Assembly: GCA_964550955.1 (NCBI GenBank)
Contig: CAZKAF010000001.1
Location: forward strand, 503,931-567,930
Reading direction: 5' to 3'
Length of the DNA: 64,000 nucleotides
Source: an uncultured Candidatus Saccharibacteria bacterium
GTDB taxonomy: Bacteria; Patescibacteriota; Minisyncoccia; Phycocordibacterales; CAIZLB01
Notes under the pieces: model-generated
The model's database searches: none
What the model saw: the letters and a program-made list of their open reading frames with translations, nothing else
Told to the model about the DNA's origin: nothing
Position numbers and translations under genes: made by a program
In this document: piece after piece, positions 1 through 9,269 of the stretch
Position numbering within the stretch: position 1 is the stretch's first letter
Layout: each line of letters starts with the position of its first letter

Positions 1-806
1 CGATTCCCCTGTACAACAACAACATCTGGCAGACGCCTGCGATCTCCCGCGTCGCCGCGATGACCAGCACGTTCTGGCAGATGATTCAGCAGGAACGGCC
101 GGAAAAGCTGGTGACATTCTCATCGCACTCGCTTTCATTCAAGTCGCTATACGAGGTCGGGTATTGGCAGAAGAACATGATTTCCGACGACTCCCGAATC
201 TTCTTCAATCTCCTGCTCAAGAAAGACGGAGACTACGGAGTGGTGCCGCTGTCGTATCCGGTATCGATGGATGCCAACCTCGCGCCGACATGGTTCCAGA
301 CCGTGAAGAACATCTATCGCCAGCACTTCCGATGGATGTGGGGAGTGGAGAACATCCCGTATCTCCTGTTCGGATTCATAAAGAACAAGAAGATACCTTT
401 CAGGGTAAAATTCTCCCACGCGTTCATCCAGCTCGAGGGATTCTGGTCAAACGCCACCAATCCAATCATGATTCTCGTGCTCGGATGGCTGCCGATCATT
501 CTGGGCGGCCCGGAGTTCCGGGACACGGTGCTTTCGTACAACCTTCCGCACATCACGCAGATGCTGATGACCATCGCGACATGCGGGCTCATCCTTTCGG
601 TCATCATTGCCGCAAGCCTCCTGCCGAAAAGGCCGAAGCACCTGCGGACCAAGAAGTGGCTTTGGATCCCCCTCACGTTGCAATGGCTGTTCGTGCCGGT
701 TACAATTATCGTATTCGGATCGATTCCCGGCATACATGCGCAGACGCGCCTCATGCTCGGCAGATACGTGGGAGAATTTTGGGTAACGCCCAAGCATCGA
801 AAATAA
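1..806 (+). CDS. Processive family-2 glycosyltransferase, C-terminal fragment (5' end outside window)
   Basis: Frame open from base 3 to the window edge. QxxRW-type motif (YRQHFRWMWG) followed by multiple TM helices, as in cellulose/chitin-synthase-like GT2 enzymes. ATG at 60 is probably internal. Confidence 0.6.
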   Translation, partial: IPLYNNNIWQTPAISRVAAMTSTFWQMIQQERPEKLVTFSSHSLSFKSLYEVGYWQKNMISDDSRIFFNLLLKKDGDYGVVPLSYPVSMDANLAPTWFQTVKNIYRQHFRWMWGVENIPYLLFGFIKNKKIPFRVKFSHAFIQLEGFWSNATNPIMILVLGWLPIILGGPEFRDTVLSYNLPHITQMLMTIATCGLILSVIIAASLLPKRPKHLRTKKWLWIPLTLQWLFVPVTIIVFGSIPGIHAQTRLMLGRYVGEFWVTPKHRK

Positions 807-812
807 AACAAC

Positions 813-1787
813 ATGAATCCCCTCTCCACAAAGCAACGCCTTCGGTCCCTGCTGATTCTCGTCGCCGTGTTCGTGCTCATTGCCCCGGTAATCCTGCTCT
901 ACTCCCTCGGCTATCGGCTGGATGACAAGCTCACGCTTCAGAAGACCGGAGGGATCTTCATCCATTCCGACGTCACGAACTCGACCGTATTCGTCGACGG
1001 AGAATTCTTGCGCGATAACGGCATATTCGTCAGGAACACCTGGATTCAGGATCTCACCCCTAACAAGTACTACAAGGTCGAGTTCCACAAGGACGGATTC
1101 CAAAGCTGGGTAAAGGAGCTGCGCGTATATCCGAGCATCGTGACCGAAGGCCGGGTATTGATGCTTCCCAACCAATTTCAAATGAGGGAGATTCTTCCGC
1201 ACCTTGTCAGTGCCGGCAGCGCGACGACGTCGACCGCTCAGTCCGGAATTCCGGCAGCGCCTGCCAACAAGGAATTTATCGCCATAGCGGAGCTCTTCGC
1301 GACTTCGACGGACGAGATCGAGGACGAGAAATCAGCGACGTCGACCGCGACGACCACTGTCGCCAAGCAGAAGGGAGACCTTGAGCTGTTCTTCGAGACC
1401 CTCCTCATAGAGGACTATCAGGCGCTTGAGAATCTCATCGTAAACGGAAAGGAGGTATCATGGCTTTCGGACGGAAATATCAACCTCCATTGGACAAGCG
1501 ACATCTCGTCGATTCCCTACTATTATTGCGGAGGAGATGAACGGGCATGCCAAAGAAGCATCGTCCTTGATTGGGGAGACGACATCGAGCGGTTCGAATA
1601 CATGCCGGGCCGCGACGACATATGGGTCGCGCTGGTAAAAGGAGGAATATACGCGATCGAGGTTGACGGGCGAACGCAAAGAAATATCCAGCAAATCTAC
1701 AAGGGAGAAAATCTGGACTTTCGCCTGACGCAAAACGACAGAATCATCCTGAAGGACGGGACGAGGTTCTTCGAGATAAGCCTTTAA
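813..1787 (+). CDS. Membrane-anchored PEGA-like domain protein (possible GT2 accessory)
   Basis: ATG at 813. N-terminal TM helix. Beta-rich segment IFIHSDVTNSTVFVDGEF resembles a PEGA domain. Starts 7 nt after the GT2 stop. Confidence 0.5.
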   Translation: MNPLSTKQRLRSLLILVAVFVLIAPVILLYSLGYRLDDKLTLQKTGGIFIHSDVTNSTVFVDGEFLRDNGIFVRNTWIQDLTPNKYYKVEFHKDGFQSWVKELRVYPSIVTEGRVLMLPNQFQMREILPHLVSAGSATTSTAQSGIPAAPANKEFIAIAELFATSTDEIEDEKSATSTATTTVAKQKGDLELFFETLLIEDYQALENLIVNGKEVSWLSDGNINLHWTSDISSIPYYYCGGDERACQRSIVLDWGDDIERFEYMPGRDDIWVALVKGGIYAIEVDGRTQRNIQQIYKGENLDFRLTQNDRIILKDGTRFFEISL

Positions 1788-1837
1788 CAGCTTTCTTAAC
1801 GGATTCCGGCTGAATTTTCAATACTGGAAAACACGGG

Positions 1838-1910
1838 AGCCAATGGCCGGGATCGAACCGGCGGCCTTGTCCTTACCATGGACACGCTCTACCAACTGAG
1901 CTACATCGGC
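1838..1910 (-). tRNA. tRNA-Thr (anticodon GGT)
   Basis: Reverse complement reads GCCGATG-TA-GCTCAGTTGGTAGAGC...anticodon loop ATGGTAA...GCCGGTTCGATCCCGGC-CATTGGC-T. Cloverleaf is good, with one G-U in the acceptor stem. No encoded CCA. Confidence 0.8.
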
Positions 1911-2046
1911 ATATCTTTTTTTTCAACCTAGCTTTCGCTTATGTGAACATGATAGCACATAATGCCCACCGGAGCCGAAAGCGCCATTTCAAGGAGGTCT
2001 TAGGCAGGATTGCCACCGCGGGACTTAGGCGCTACTATATCGGAAC

Positions 2047-2646
2047 ATGCCAATCATTCCGCTTGAAGAACTGAAAAAGGACAAGGGAATCAGGGTCCGA
2101 CTCCTGAAGCACGAGCTGAAGTTCAGGACGACTTTGGGACTTTTTTGTCCTGACGAAATAGATGAGGGCACGCTTCTCCTGATGAGCGCGATCGATCCCG
2201 GCGCCGATTTCAAGTCCATTCTGGATATCGGCTGCGGGTACGGCCCTATCGGCATAGCGCTCGCGAAAAGCTTCCCGGATGCCGAAGTGGATCTCATAGA
2301 CAAGGACTTCGTTGCCGTCGATTACGCGAACAAGAACATCGCCCTGAACGGCATCGACGCGAAGAAAGCAAAGTCGTATCTTTCAAACGGATTCTCGCAC
2401 GTTCCGGCAGGCAAGAAGTACGATCTGATCATCTCAAATCTTCCCGCCAAAGTTAACAAGGAATTCTTCTGGATACTTTTCGGCGAGGCGTTCGAGCACC
2501 TGCCCGTCGGAGGAACGTTCCTTGTGGTAGCGATCAAGCAGCTTGAGCCGATGCTCAAGAAAAGCTTCGATGCCGTGTTCGGAAATTCGGAAATCGTCTC
2601 GCAGAACAAGGTGTACAGCGTGGTGCGAACAGTCAGGACGAAGTAA
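2047..2646 (+). CDS. Class I SAM-dependent methyltransferase, RsmC/RlmG-like small-domain rRNA (guanine-N2) methyltransferase
   Basis: SAM-binding motif ILDIGCGYGPIG, acidic D after beta2, and an NPPF-like DLIISNLP motif. Confidence 0.7.
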   Translation: MPIIPLEELKKDKGIRVRLLKHELKFRTTLGLFCPDEIDEGTLLLMSAIDPGADFKSILDIGCGYGPIGIALAKSFPDAEVDLIDKDFVAVDYANKNIALNGIDAKKAKSYLSNGFSHVPAGKKYDLIISNLPAKVNKEFFWILFGEAFEHLPVGGTFLVVAIKQLEPMLKKSFDAVFGNSEIVSQNKVYSVVRTVRTK

Positions 2647-2692
2647 GGCGGACTTCAGCTCAGTTCCCCCGCCTCGCCGGCCCTCTCTCTCC

Positions 2693-2714
2693 CGATATAG
2701 CAAATTTGCTATAT
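2693..2714. repeat. Palindrome GATATAGCAAATTTGCTATATC (copy A of a recurrent intergenic palindrome family)
   Basis: Perfect 9-bp arms. Related copies at 29503-29528, 54003-54028 and 63915-63932. Confidence 0.6.
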
Positions 2715-2716
2715 CT

Positions 2717-2752
2717 CAAAAAAACACGCCTGCCGAAGCTTGCGTGTTTTTC
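2717..2752. terminator. Bidirectional rho-independent terminator between convergent genes
   Basis: AAAAAAA-ACACGC-(12-nt loop)-GCGTGT-TTTTT. A-run and T-run flank the hairpin, so it can terminate both the methyltransferase (+) and the helicase (-). Confidence 0.55.
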
Positions 2753-2842
2753 AATTGCGGAATCAAGCGGGGCGCGCTGATTATAAAATCCGTGCCGCGC
2801 CGACGCTTGGCTTAAGCTTACGCCCAAGCCCAAGCCTGGAGA

Positions 2843-4552
2843 TTATCGTCCGATGAATGTAAGCGCCTTTCCATGCTTTCCTCCTCGGCCGGTTCGTCCG
2901 ATTCGGTGCACGTAATCTTCGTATGTCGAAGGGAGCTCGTAGTTGATGACATGAGTCACGTTCGGGATATCAAGACCTCGAGCAGCAACGTCGGTCGCCA
3001 CGAGAATGTTTATAACATTATCCTTGAACCGCTTGAGGGTTCTCTGTCGCTCGAAATGATTCTTGTCGCCGTGAATCGATCCTACTTCGTGACCGTAGTC
3101 GGCGAGCTCTTCCGTGAGCCGCTCCACGCCGTTCTTCGTCTTGCCGAACACGAGAACTTTCGTGAATTCAGGACCGGAGAGAAGCTCGTGAAGAGTCTCG
3201 ATCTTGGTCTTTCCGGAAGCCGTTCTCACGACGTCCTGATCGACGTTCTTCGAAGTGTCGCCGGTCTTCACCGAAATGGTGACCGGATCGTTCAGGAATT
3301 CGTGAATGAGCTTTTCGATTTCCTTGGAAAGCGTCGCCGTGAAGAACAATGTCTGCCTCGGCTTCGGCATCCTGGAAACCATGAATCGCACGTCGTCGAT
3401 GAATCCCATGTCGAGCATTCGGTCGGCCTCGTCAAGGACGATCGTATTGAACTCCGAAAGGTTGATGTTCCTTCGGTCAATCAGGTCCTTGAGCCGTCCG
3501 GGAGTGCCGATGATGAAGTTATTGAAATATCGAAGCTCCGAAATCTGCCTTCGAATCTGGGCTCCGCCCACGCAGCACACCGAGTAGATCTTGCTGCCTT
3601 TCGTGAAGATGTGAAGCTCCTCCTCGATCTGAATGGCGAGCTCGCGAGTCGGCGCAAGAATCAGGACCTGTTCCTTCGGATTGAGCATCACCTTGTTAAG
3701 CAGCGGAATGAGGAACGCGGCAGTCTTGCCCGTGCCCGTATTCGCGATGCCCACGACGTCCTTGCCTTCGAGTATCGGCGGAATGGCCGAGTCCTGGATA
3801 GGGCTCGGAGTGACGAATCCCTTGTGGCCGATCTTGTCCTTGATCTCCTGCGCGATGGCGAAATCATTGAACGTATGCTTGTTCTGATATACAGGAACGC
3901 TCGCGTCAGCGACGGCATCCGGATCAACCTTGTTTACGAATTTTCTAATATCAAATCCGCTGACCATGTGGCCGGCGCTTCCGCCTGACCGCGCTCCTCC
4001 GCTTCGTCCGCCGAATCTGCTGCCTCCGGAGAAGCCGCCTCGCCGAGCCGATGACCCGCCGAATGACGGTCGGGCAAAAGAGCCGGGTCGCCCTCCTCCG
4101 TATGAGCCTCCGCCGTAGCTTGAGCCGCCATAAGACGGCGCGGATGACTGCCTCGGAGAACCGTAGCTTGAGCCTGAAGACTGAGGTCGCCCGTATGAAG
4201 AGCCTCCTGAGGATGTCCTAGGCGAAAAAGATGAGCGGCTTCCCGCTGATCGATTTCCTCCGTATGAGCTTCCGCCTGAGAAGCCCCCGCCGTAGCTCGA
4301 GCTGTTGCCATAACCCGATCCGCCGCTCCTTCTCGGAGCGCTTGACGAGTACGACGAAGAGCCGCCGTATGCGGGCGCCGAAGAGCTTCGCGGAGATCCG
4401 TAACTGGACGTTGCGGAAGGCGTGAAGCTTGAAGACGAAGGCTTTCGCGGAGCAAATGCCTTCCTTGTTGAGTCGCCGGCCCTGTAACTTGAAGTCTTGG
4501 GGCCGCTAACTTTAGAATCGCGTCCTTTTCGGGCGCTTATATTTTCTTTCAT
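2843..4552 (-). CDS. DEAD-box ATP-dependent RNA helicase with ~195-aa N-terminal Gly/Ser/Tyr/Arg-rich low-complexity extension
   Basis: Q-motif (FNDFAIAQEI...PSPIQ), motif I GTGKTAAF, PTRELA, DEAD (VLDEADRMLDMGF), SAT-like, HRIGRTGR. ATG at 4552 with no SD. Alternative internal ATG (MVSGFDIRKF, ~3967) would give the helicase core only. Confidence 0.9.
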   Translation of the reverse strand: MKENISARKGRDSKVSGPKTSSYRAGDSTRKAFAPRKPSSSSFTPSATSSYGSPRSSSAPAYGGSSSYSSSAPRRSGGSGYGNSSSYGGGFSGGSSYGGNRSAGSRSSFSPRTSSGGSSYGRPQSSGSSYGSPRQSSAPSYGGSSYGGGSYGGGRPGSFARPSFGGSSARRGGFSGGSRFGGRSGGARSGGSAGHMVSGFDIRKFVNKVDPDAVADASVPVYQNKHTFNDFAIAQEIKDKIGHKGFVTPSPIQDSAIPPILEGKDVVGIANTGTGKTAAFLIPLLNKVMLNPKEQVLILAPTRELAIQIEEELHIFTKGSKIYSVCCVGGAQIRRQISELRYFNNFIIGTPGRLKDLIDRRNINLSEFNTIVLDEADRMLDMGFIDDVRFMVSRMPKPRQTLFFTATLSKEIEKLIHEFLNDPVTISVKTGDTSKNVDQDVVRTASGKTKIETLHELLSGPEFTKVLVFGKTKNGVERLTEELADYGHEVGSIHGDKNHFERQRTLKRFKDNVINILVATDVAARGLDIPNVTHVINYELPSTYEDYVHRIGRTGRGGKHGKALTFIGR

Positions 4553-4812
4553 ATTTGTGTGTTGTTATGTAAAACAAAATAAATCGATTAGATTTTATGC
4601 CTTGTTTTAATAACTCCAGCAGGCGCATATCATTGAGGACCATGCAGTGCTTGATGCACATGTGGTCTAACCGTCAGACTCTGATGCGCAGAAATGTAGG
4701 CAATAACTAATAGTTGGTTTACAGGTACTACAATAGCTTATTTTGATAAGATTGTCAACATGCCTATCCAAATTGACTGTCCTTCCGCCCCATCCATCCC
4801 GCCCAAAGGCGG

Positions 4813-4841
4813 TTGACTGTCTTCATATTCGTGTTATCATT
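4813..4841 (+). promoter_or_regulatory. Putative sigma70-like promoter for the 4926 gene
   Basis: TTGACT-16nt-TATCAT. A second TTGACTGTC copy lies 40 bp upstream. AAGAGGA SD sits 8 nt before the ATG at 4926. Confidence 0.4.
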
Positions 4842-4925
4842 TTTGACCGGTACAGTCACCTGATGCGCCTACGCGCAAAAGAGGCTTACAACCGAATAAG
4901 AAACAACAACAAGAGGAACTGACAC

Positions 4926-5270
4926 ATGCAGAAGTCAAAAGAAAAGAAACGTCCAGGAAAAATCCCGGTCCACATCGTCCCGTGCGAAGGCCGGATTCGG
5001 GGCAACCTGCTCCTTGCCCTCAAGCTCTACCACAAGGTGTTTTCAATAGTCCAAAAGCCGCACAAGGCATCCGTGATTTTTCACGATGACCATGTGAGCC
5101 TCAGGCAGGTGAAAGTCGGACCGAACGAGAAGCACATTCTCCTGATTGAGGAGGACGAGTTCTCCCCGCCCTTGTCGGCGCTGCCGAAAGGCGTCGCGGT
5201 CCGCAAAGTGGCCGATGTCGTCAACATGATCACGTCGGGAGATGCCCAAGCTTTGGGCATCGCGGCCTAA
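4926..5270 (+). CDS. Hypothetical small basic protein
   Basis: ATG with good SD (AAGAGGAA) and a strong terminator downstream. No recognisable family. Confidence 0.5.
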   Translation: MQKSKEKKRPGKIPVHIVPCEGRIRGNLLLALKLYHKVFSIVQKPHKASVIFHDDHVSLRQVKVGPNEKHILLIEEDEFSPPLSALPKGVAVRKVADVVNMITSGDAQALGIAA

Positions 5271-5295
5271 GCCAAATTGCGGGCAACCGCAGCTC

Positions 5296-5329
5296 CGCAT
5301 CAGCAAGCCATTGCTGATGCGGTTTTTTT
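5296..5329 (+). terminator. Rho-independent terminator
   Basis: CCGCATCAGCAA-GCCA-TTGCTGATGCGG followed by TTTTTTT. Confidence 0.7.
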
Positions 5330-5375
5330 ACTGCGATTCTTGCTCGGAAATCACGGCGGCAATGCCCGGCGCATC

Positions 5376-5936
5376 TTAAAAAATCTTTCCTCTCATGCCT
5401 TTTTGAATGGCCCGATAGTCAGGAATTGTCTTTTGCACGAGGTTCCAGAAACGGGGAGAATGATTGAATTCCCCCAGGTGACAGAGCTCGTGGACGACGA
5501 CATAGTCGATTTCTTCCGGCGAAAGAAGCGCCAGCCTGTGACTGAAGTTCAAGTTTCCCTTTTTCGAGCAGCTCCCCCATCGGCTTGAGACTTTCTTCAC
5601 CCGCACGTCATGATACGAATATCCGTAAAATGCATTGAAATGCGCCAGGCGCTCCGTCACGATTTCAAGCGTCTTTTTCTTGAGCTCGATGTCAGTGTAT
5701 TTCGGCGCGTGCGCCGCGGCCAGCTTCCTCGCCTCGATCTTTTCAACATTTCTGGAAATCCAATCCCTCTTCGAATCGACGAAGGCCTCCGCCTGCTTCA
5801 GGATGAATTCTCTGGGCCCCCGTTTCGGAATCGTTACCACGCAGACGCCTTCCGCGTTCACGGTAATCCGTATGCTTTTCGCCCTTGGATGCACCTTTAG
5901 CCTGTATGTATTTTTCATGTCGCTTTTATCTGGCAT
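5376..5936 (-). CDS. YgjP/DUF45-family (M48/WLM-like) zinc metallohydrolase
   Basis: HELCHL (HExxH) motif near the C-terminus, and a conserved N-terminal YRLKVHPRAKSIRITV region. ORF-track start at 6035 is over-extended. ATG candidates at 5936 and 5918. Confidence 0.75.
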   Translation of the reverse strand: MPDKSDMKNTYRLKVHPRAKSIRITVNAEGVCVVTIPKRGPREFILKQAEAFVDSKRDWISRNVEKIEARKLAAAHAPKYTDIELKKKTLEIVTERLAHFNAFYGYSYHDVRVKKVSSRWGSCSKKGNLNFSHRLALLSPEEIDYVVVHELCHLGEFNHSPRFWNLVQKTIPDYRAIQKGMRGKIF

Positions 5937-6035
5937 CTTATTTTTAAGGCAGGGCTCATCAATACAACTCAAGATACGGAGCTCGGCTGCGCAAGCCAGT
6001 AGAATGAATTTTAGATAATGATATACTAACACCAT

Positions 6036-6689
6036 ATGAACAAAGAGTTAAAATCTATCGAGGCGGCGGTAGCCATAGTGATCGTTATAAGCATTTTCAT
6101 CTTAATTTTCAACACTCCTTCGGAAGCGCCGTACAAGGCCGGAACGGGCGAGGCGTCGGAGTCAATGCTCCCGGAGCCTAGCGCGGGCGCGGGAGATGCC
6201 GAGCTTGCCGGACAGGCAGGCAAGGAAAGCATGGAAACATACAGCAATCCGTCATTCAACCTGACGTTCCAATATCCTTCTTCGCTGGCCCTGAAATCGA
6301 CATTGTCAGGAAACAGCAACGATCCCGTGCTCACGGTAGACCTGACTAAAAAATTCAGGGCGAGCGTCGGAGCATCCGGCATCAACATCCTCGAGACGGG
6401 CGCCGATTCGTCCAAAATAACCGTTCGGTCCGAGTTTGACCTGCAAGGTCTTTCAGGAGAAGAGCTGGTTCAGGCGGAGGCGACTTGGGCTGATGCAAAG
6501 ACGCAAATCAGCGCATTCCAAATCGGAGATGTCATGGCATACGCATACGGCTGGGAAAATGCGAAGCAAGGAAGAACGGTCGTCATTCCGGACAGCGGAA
6601 GGGTCCACGTGTATTCTGTCAGCTGGAATGATCCGGAAGATCAGATCGTCAAGGACTTTGACATGATCCTGCTAAGCATCAGCATGTAA
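6036..6689 (+). CDS. Hypothetical membrane-anchored/secreted protein
   Basis: ATG at 6036. N-terminal hydrophobic helix followed by a soluble domain. Terminator downstream. Confidence 0.5.
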   Translation: MNKELKSIEAAVAIVIVISIFILIFNTPSEAPYKAGTGEASESMLPEPSAGAGDAELAGQAGKESMETYSNPSFNLTFQYPSSLALKSTLSGNSNDPVLTVDLTKKFRASVGASGINILETGADSSKITVRSEFDLQGLSGEELVQAEATWADAKTQISAFQIGDVMAYAYGWENAKQGRTVVIPDSGRVHVYSVSWNDPEDQIVKDFDMILLSISM

Positions 6690-6722
6690 AAAGGCGCTTC
6701 GGATAAAAATCCGAAGCGCCTG
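6690..6722. terminator. Bidirectional terminator between convergent genes
   Basis: GGCGCTTCGGA-TAAAAA-TCCGAAGCGCC, a perfect 11-bp stem with an A/T-rich context. Confidence 0.65.
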
Positions 6723-6744
6723 AAAGCTTGACCGGCCCGCCCTT

Positions 6745-7407
6745 CTAGAGGGACAAGCCGAGTTCTCGCCCGAGAATCGTATAATTGTCAGCCTTCCTGC
6801 TGGCGTATTGTTCGTTGGCGACAGAACTGTCCCTGACATTCTTAATCAAATCGCGAAACAGGCCTTCCGCTTTAGCGATCAATGCCGTCGAGACGGACAA
6901 GGCGCATTTCGCGCAGTCTTTCTCAAGAAGGAGGTTGATGCTTTTCAGCAGGCCGATGTCCGCCATGGAGAAAAAATAGCCGGCGTCGAATCGGAGCTTC
7001 CAGTCATTCCACAAAAGCGCGATTCTTCTTTCTTCCTCGCCCTGAGTCTTCTGCGACATGCAGAAGTGCGCGTAAATCGCCAGAGCGAGCGCGCAGACTG
7101 CCGCGATGCACGCGACAAGATATTGGCGAGGCAGGCCTTCAAGAAGGATGAGAAGCGTCGCGCCGAGGACGGCGGCGATTGCCGACAGCGCCGCCGCGAA
7201 GCGGAAGCATGATTTCTGATGCTCGCGCAGCTGGGCCAGGAGCAATTCGGCAGGCGTCTTCGACAGGCGCTGCAGCAAGACATACCTGGGACTGATCTTG
7301 ATATTCTGAAGCGTGAACATCAGGCTGAAAACTCCGAGCAGATGATTCTCATTTGCAGTGACAAGATTGACGCCCGTAAGCGTGACGGGAATAGGACTAC
7401 TTTTCAT
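6745..7407 (-). CDS. Hypothetical integral membrane protein
   Basis: ATG at 7407. Several predicted TM helices. No family recognised. Confidence 0.5.
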   Translation of the reverse strand: MKSSPIPVTLTGVNLVTANENHLLGVFSLMFTLQNIKISPRYVLLQRLSKTPAELLLAQLREHQKSCFRFAAALSAIAAVLGATLLILLEGLPRQYLVACIAAVCALALAIYAHFCMSQKTQGEEERRIALLWNDWKLRFDAGYFFSMADIGLLKSINLLLEKDCAKCALSVSTALIAKAEGLFRDLIKNVRDSSVANEQYASRKADNYTILGRELGLSL

Positions 7408-7553
7408 ACACGGTTTTATTCGATGGTTGGGGGGGGTGGAAAGAACATTCCGCCTTCAGGGAATCTGAAAACGGCAGGTAATCTTATACCATGCAAAAAA
7501 CAAAAAAGCGAGAGTTCTTGCGAATCCCGCGAATGCCCTAGCTTTTTGCCGGC

Positions 7554-9101
7554 CTACTTGCCGGCGATGCCGCCTCCCATCTCTTCAAGCAGATCTCCGA
7601 GTTCCTTGTATCGCGGAACGACGGTCTGGCCTTGAATCATCCAGAATACGCTCGGATTAAATTCCTGAATGAATTCATAGTCATGGCTCACGAGGAGGAT
7701 GGTGCTCTTGGACTGCTTGCAGGCGAAAAGCAGGACTTCCCAGGTGACTTCGTCGATATGGTTCGTCGGCTCGTCGAGTATCAGGAAATCCGGATTGGCG
7801 CCGAACACCAGCGCGAACCTGAGGCGCATCCGCTCTCCGCCCGAAAGCCCCTCGATGGGCGTATTCATTTTCTTAAGATCGAAACGCATGGCCCCGAGCG
7901 CCGCCCGCGCCTCGACTTCGAAGCAGTTCAGCTTCTCCATCACGATCTCGACGGGCTTGGCATTCGCGCTGAACTTCATGTGCTGATCGAAATACGCCCA
8001 TTTGACTCCGTCAGCCCAAGTCACGCTTCCCGTCGTGAAATCATGCTCGCCCGTCAGGCATTTCAGGAACGATGACTTCCCCGCCCCGTTTCTTCCGAGC
8101 AGGGTTATGTGCGCGCCGGTTCGAACTTCCAGGTTCACGTCCCTGAACAGGTCCCTGCCTTCGCCCTTGTATCTGAACGCGCCGTCCTTGACGCGGCAAA
8201 GCAGCTTTCCTCCATGGAGGCCGGACGTTCCCTGCGAAAGCTTTATGGTCGTCTTCTTGTCATCAGGCCGCGCATTTTCCTTATGATCCTTCTTGAGCGC
8301 ATCCAATTCCGCCTTCTTTTTCTGGTACGCGGATATTTCCTTTCCCCTAATGGCCTTTTGCCTCAGGATGACGACCGACGCCTCAAGCTGCTTTATGCGC
8401 TTCGTTTCCGTATCGTATGCGCGCTGCATGCCTCCGATTCTCGCCATCTTGTCCTCGATGTAGTCGTCATAGTTCCCCTCGGACACATGTATCTCACCTC
8501 GGGCAAGCTCCGCGACCTTGGTCGCGATGGAGTCGATAAGGAGCCTGTCATGGGAAATGAAGATGAGGCCGCCCCGGAACTCGTTCAGCATCCGGATAAG
8601 CACCACTCGGCTGACGATGTCTATGTGATTTTCCGGCTCGTCAAGAAGCAGGAAGTCGGGACTGGAAGCGAAAGCGGTGGCGAGGGCCAGGATTTTCTGC
8701 TGGCCGCCGGAAAAGGATCCGCAGAGCGAATCATGAGAACGCTCAGCGTCGAAGCCGAGCTCCCTGGCAATCGAGTACGCCTTCTTCGCAAGGTTCGCGC
8801 TCGCCTCCTTTTCGATGTACTGATCGACAGTCAGCGACATGGACGCATGCGGAAACTCCTGAGGAACGTACACGGAGCGAATGTGCCCCGTCTTTTCTAT
8901 GGTTCCGGACATGACCCCGAGATCGGCCTCCGAGTCGGGAGTGATCTGCTCGACGATAATCTTAAGCAGCGTTGACTTCCCCGCCCCGTTCTCCCCGAGA
9001 ATGCAAAGGCTCTCATTATCCGCGCATTTGAGCGACACGTTGGTAAATATGGACCTGTCGCCATATTCGTATGCGATATTTTTTAAGCTGATTATCTTCA
9101 T
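7554..9101 (-). CDS. ABC-F family ATPase (two NBDs, ribosome-associated translation-factor type)
   Basis: Two Walker A motifs (GENGAGKST and GRNGAGKSS), two LSGG signature motifs, and a charged ~80-aa inter-domain linker. True start is probably the ATG at 9101 (MKIISLKNIAYEY). ORF-track start at 9539 is over-extended across a divergent promoter region. Confidence 0.85.
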   Translation of the reverse strand: MKIISLKNIAYEYGDRSIFTNVSLKCADNESLCILGENGAGKSTLLKIIVEQITPDSEADLGVMSGTIEKTGHIRSVYVPQEFPHASMSLTVDQYIEKEASANLAKKAYSIARELGFDAERSHDSLCGSFSGGQQKILALATAFASSPDFLLLDEPENHIDIVSRVVLIRMLNEFRGGLIFISHDRLLIDSIATKVAELARGEIHVSEGNYDDYIEDKMARIGGMQRAYDTETKRIKQLEASVVILRQKAIRGKEISAYQKKKAELDALKKDHKENARPDDKKTTIKLSQGTSGLHGGKLLCRVKDGAFRYKGEGRDLFRDVNLEVRTGAHITLLGRNGAGKSSFLKCLTGEHDFTTGSVTWADGVKWAYFDQHMKFSANAKPVEIVMEKLNCFEVEARAALGAMRFDLKKMNTPIEGLSGGERMRLRFALVFGANPDFLILDEPTNHIDEVTWEVLLFACKQSKSTILLVSHDYEFIQEFNPSVFWMIQGQTVVPRYKELGDLLEEMGGGIAGK

Positions 9102-9269
9102 GGGCGCAATCGAGCTGGATTTCGGCTGATTTCCATCTACCATAGCATACTTATTGAGTAAATATAAAGTCCGTGTTATGGTTTCGACGGATGCGCGAGA
9201 AGACCGACATGAATGTCCTCTCAAGCTTGCAAGCCCAGAAACAACCGAAACACCGACAGAACCAACAAC

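Noticed and set aside
2873-4455. Several long ORFs (371 aa +, 173 aa -, others) overlapping the DEAD-box helicase
   Set aside because: Antisense or alternative frames of the helicase and its low-complexity region. No motifs. The helicase frame carries all SF2 motifs.
8109-8975. 288-aa + ORF
   Set aside because: Antisense to the ABC-F ATPase. No domain signatures.
9213-9269. N-terminal 19 codons of the 9213 ORF, and the 9102-9539 extension of the ABC-F ORF
   Set aside because: They overlap each other across a divergent promoter region. Signal-peptide and ABC-F N-terminal consensus place the real starts at 9270 and 9101.
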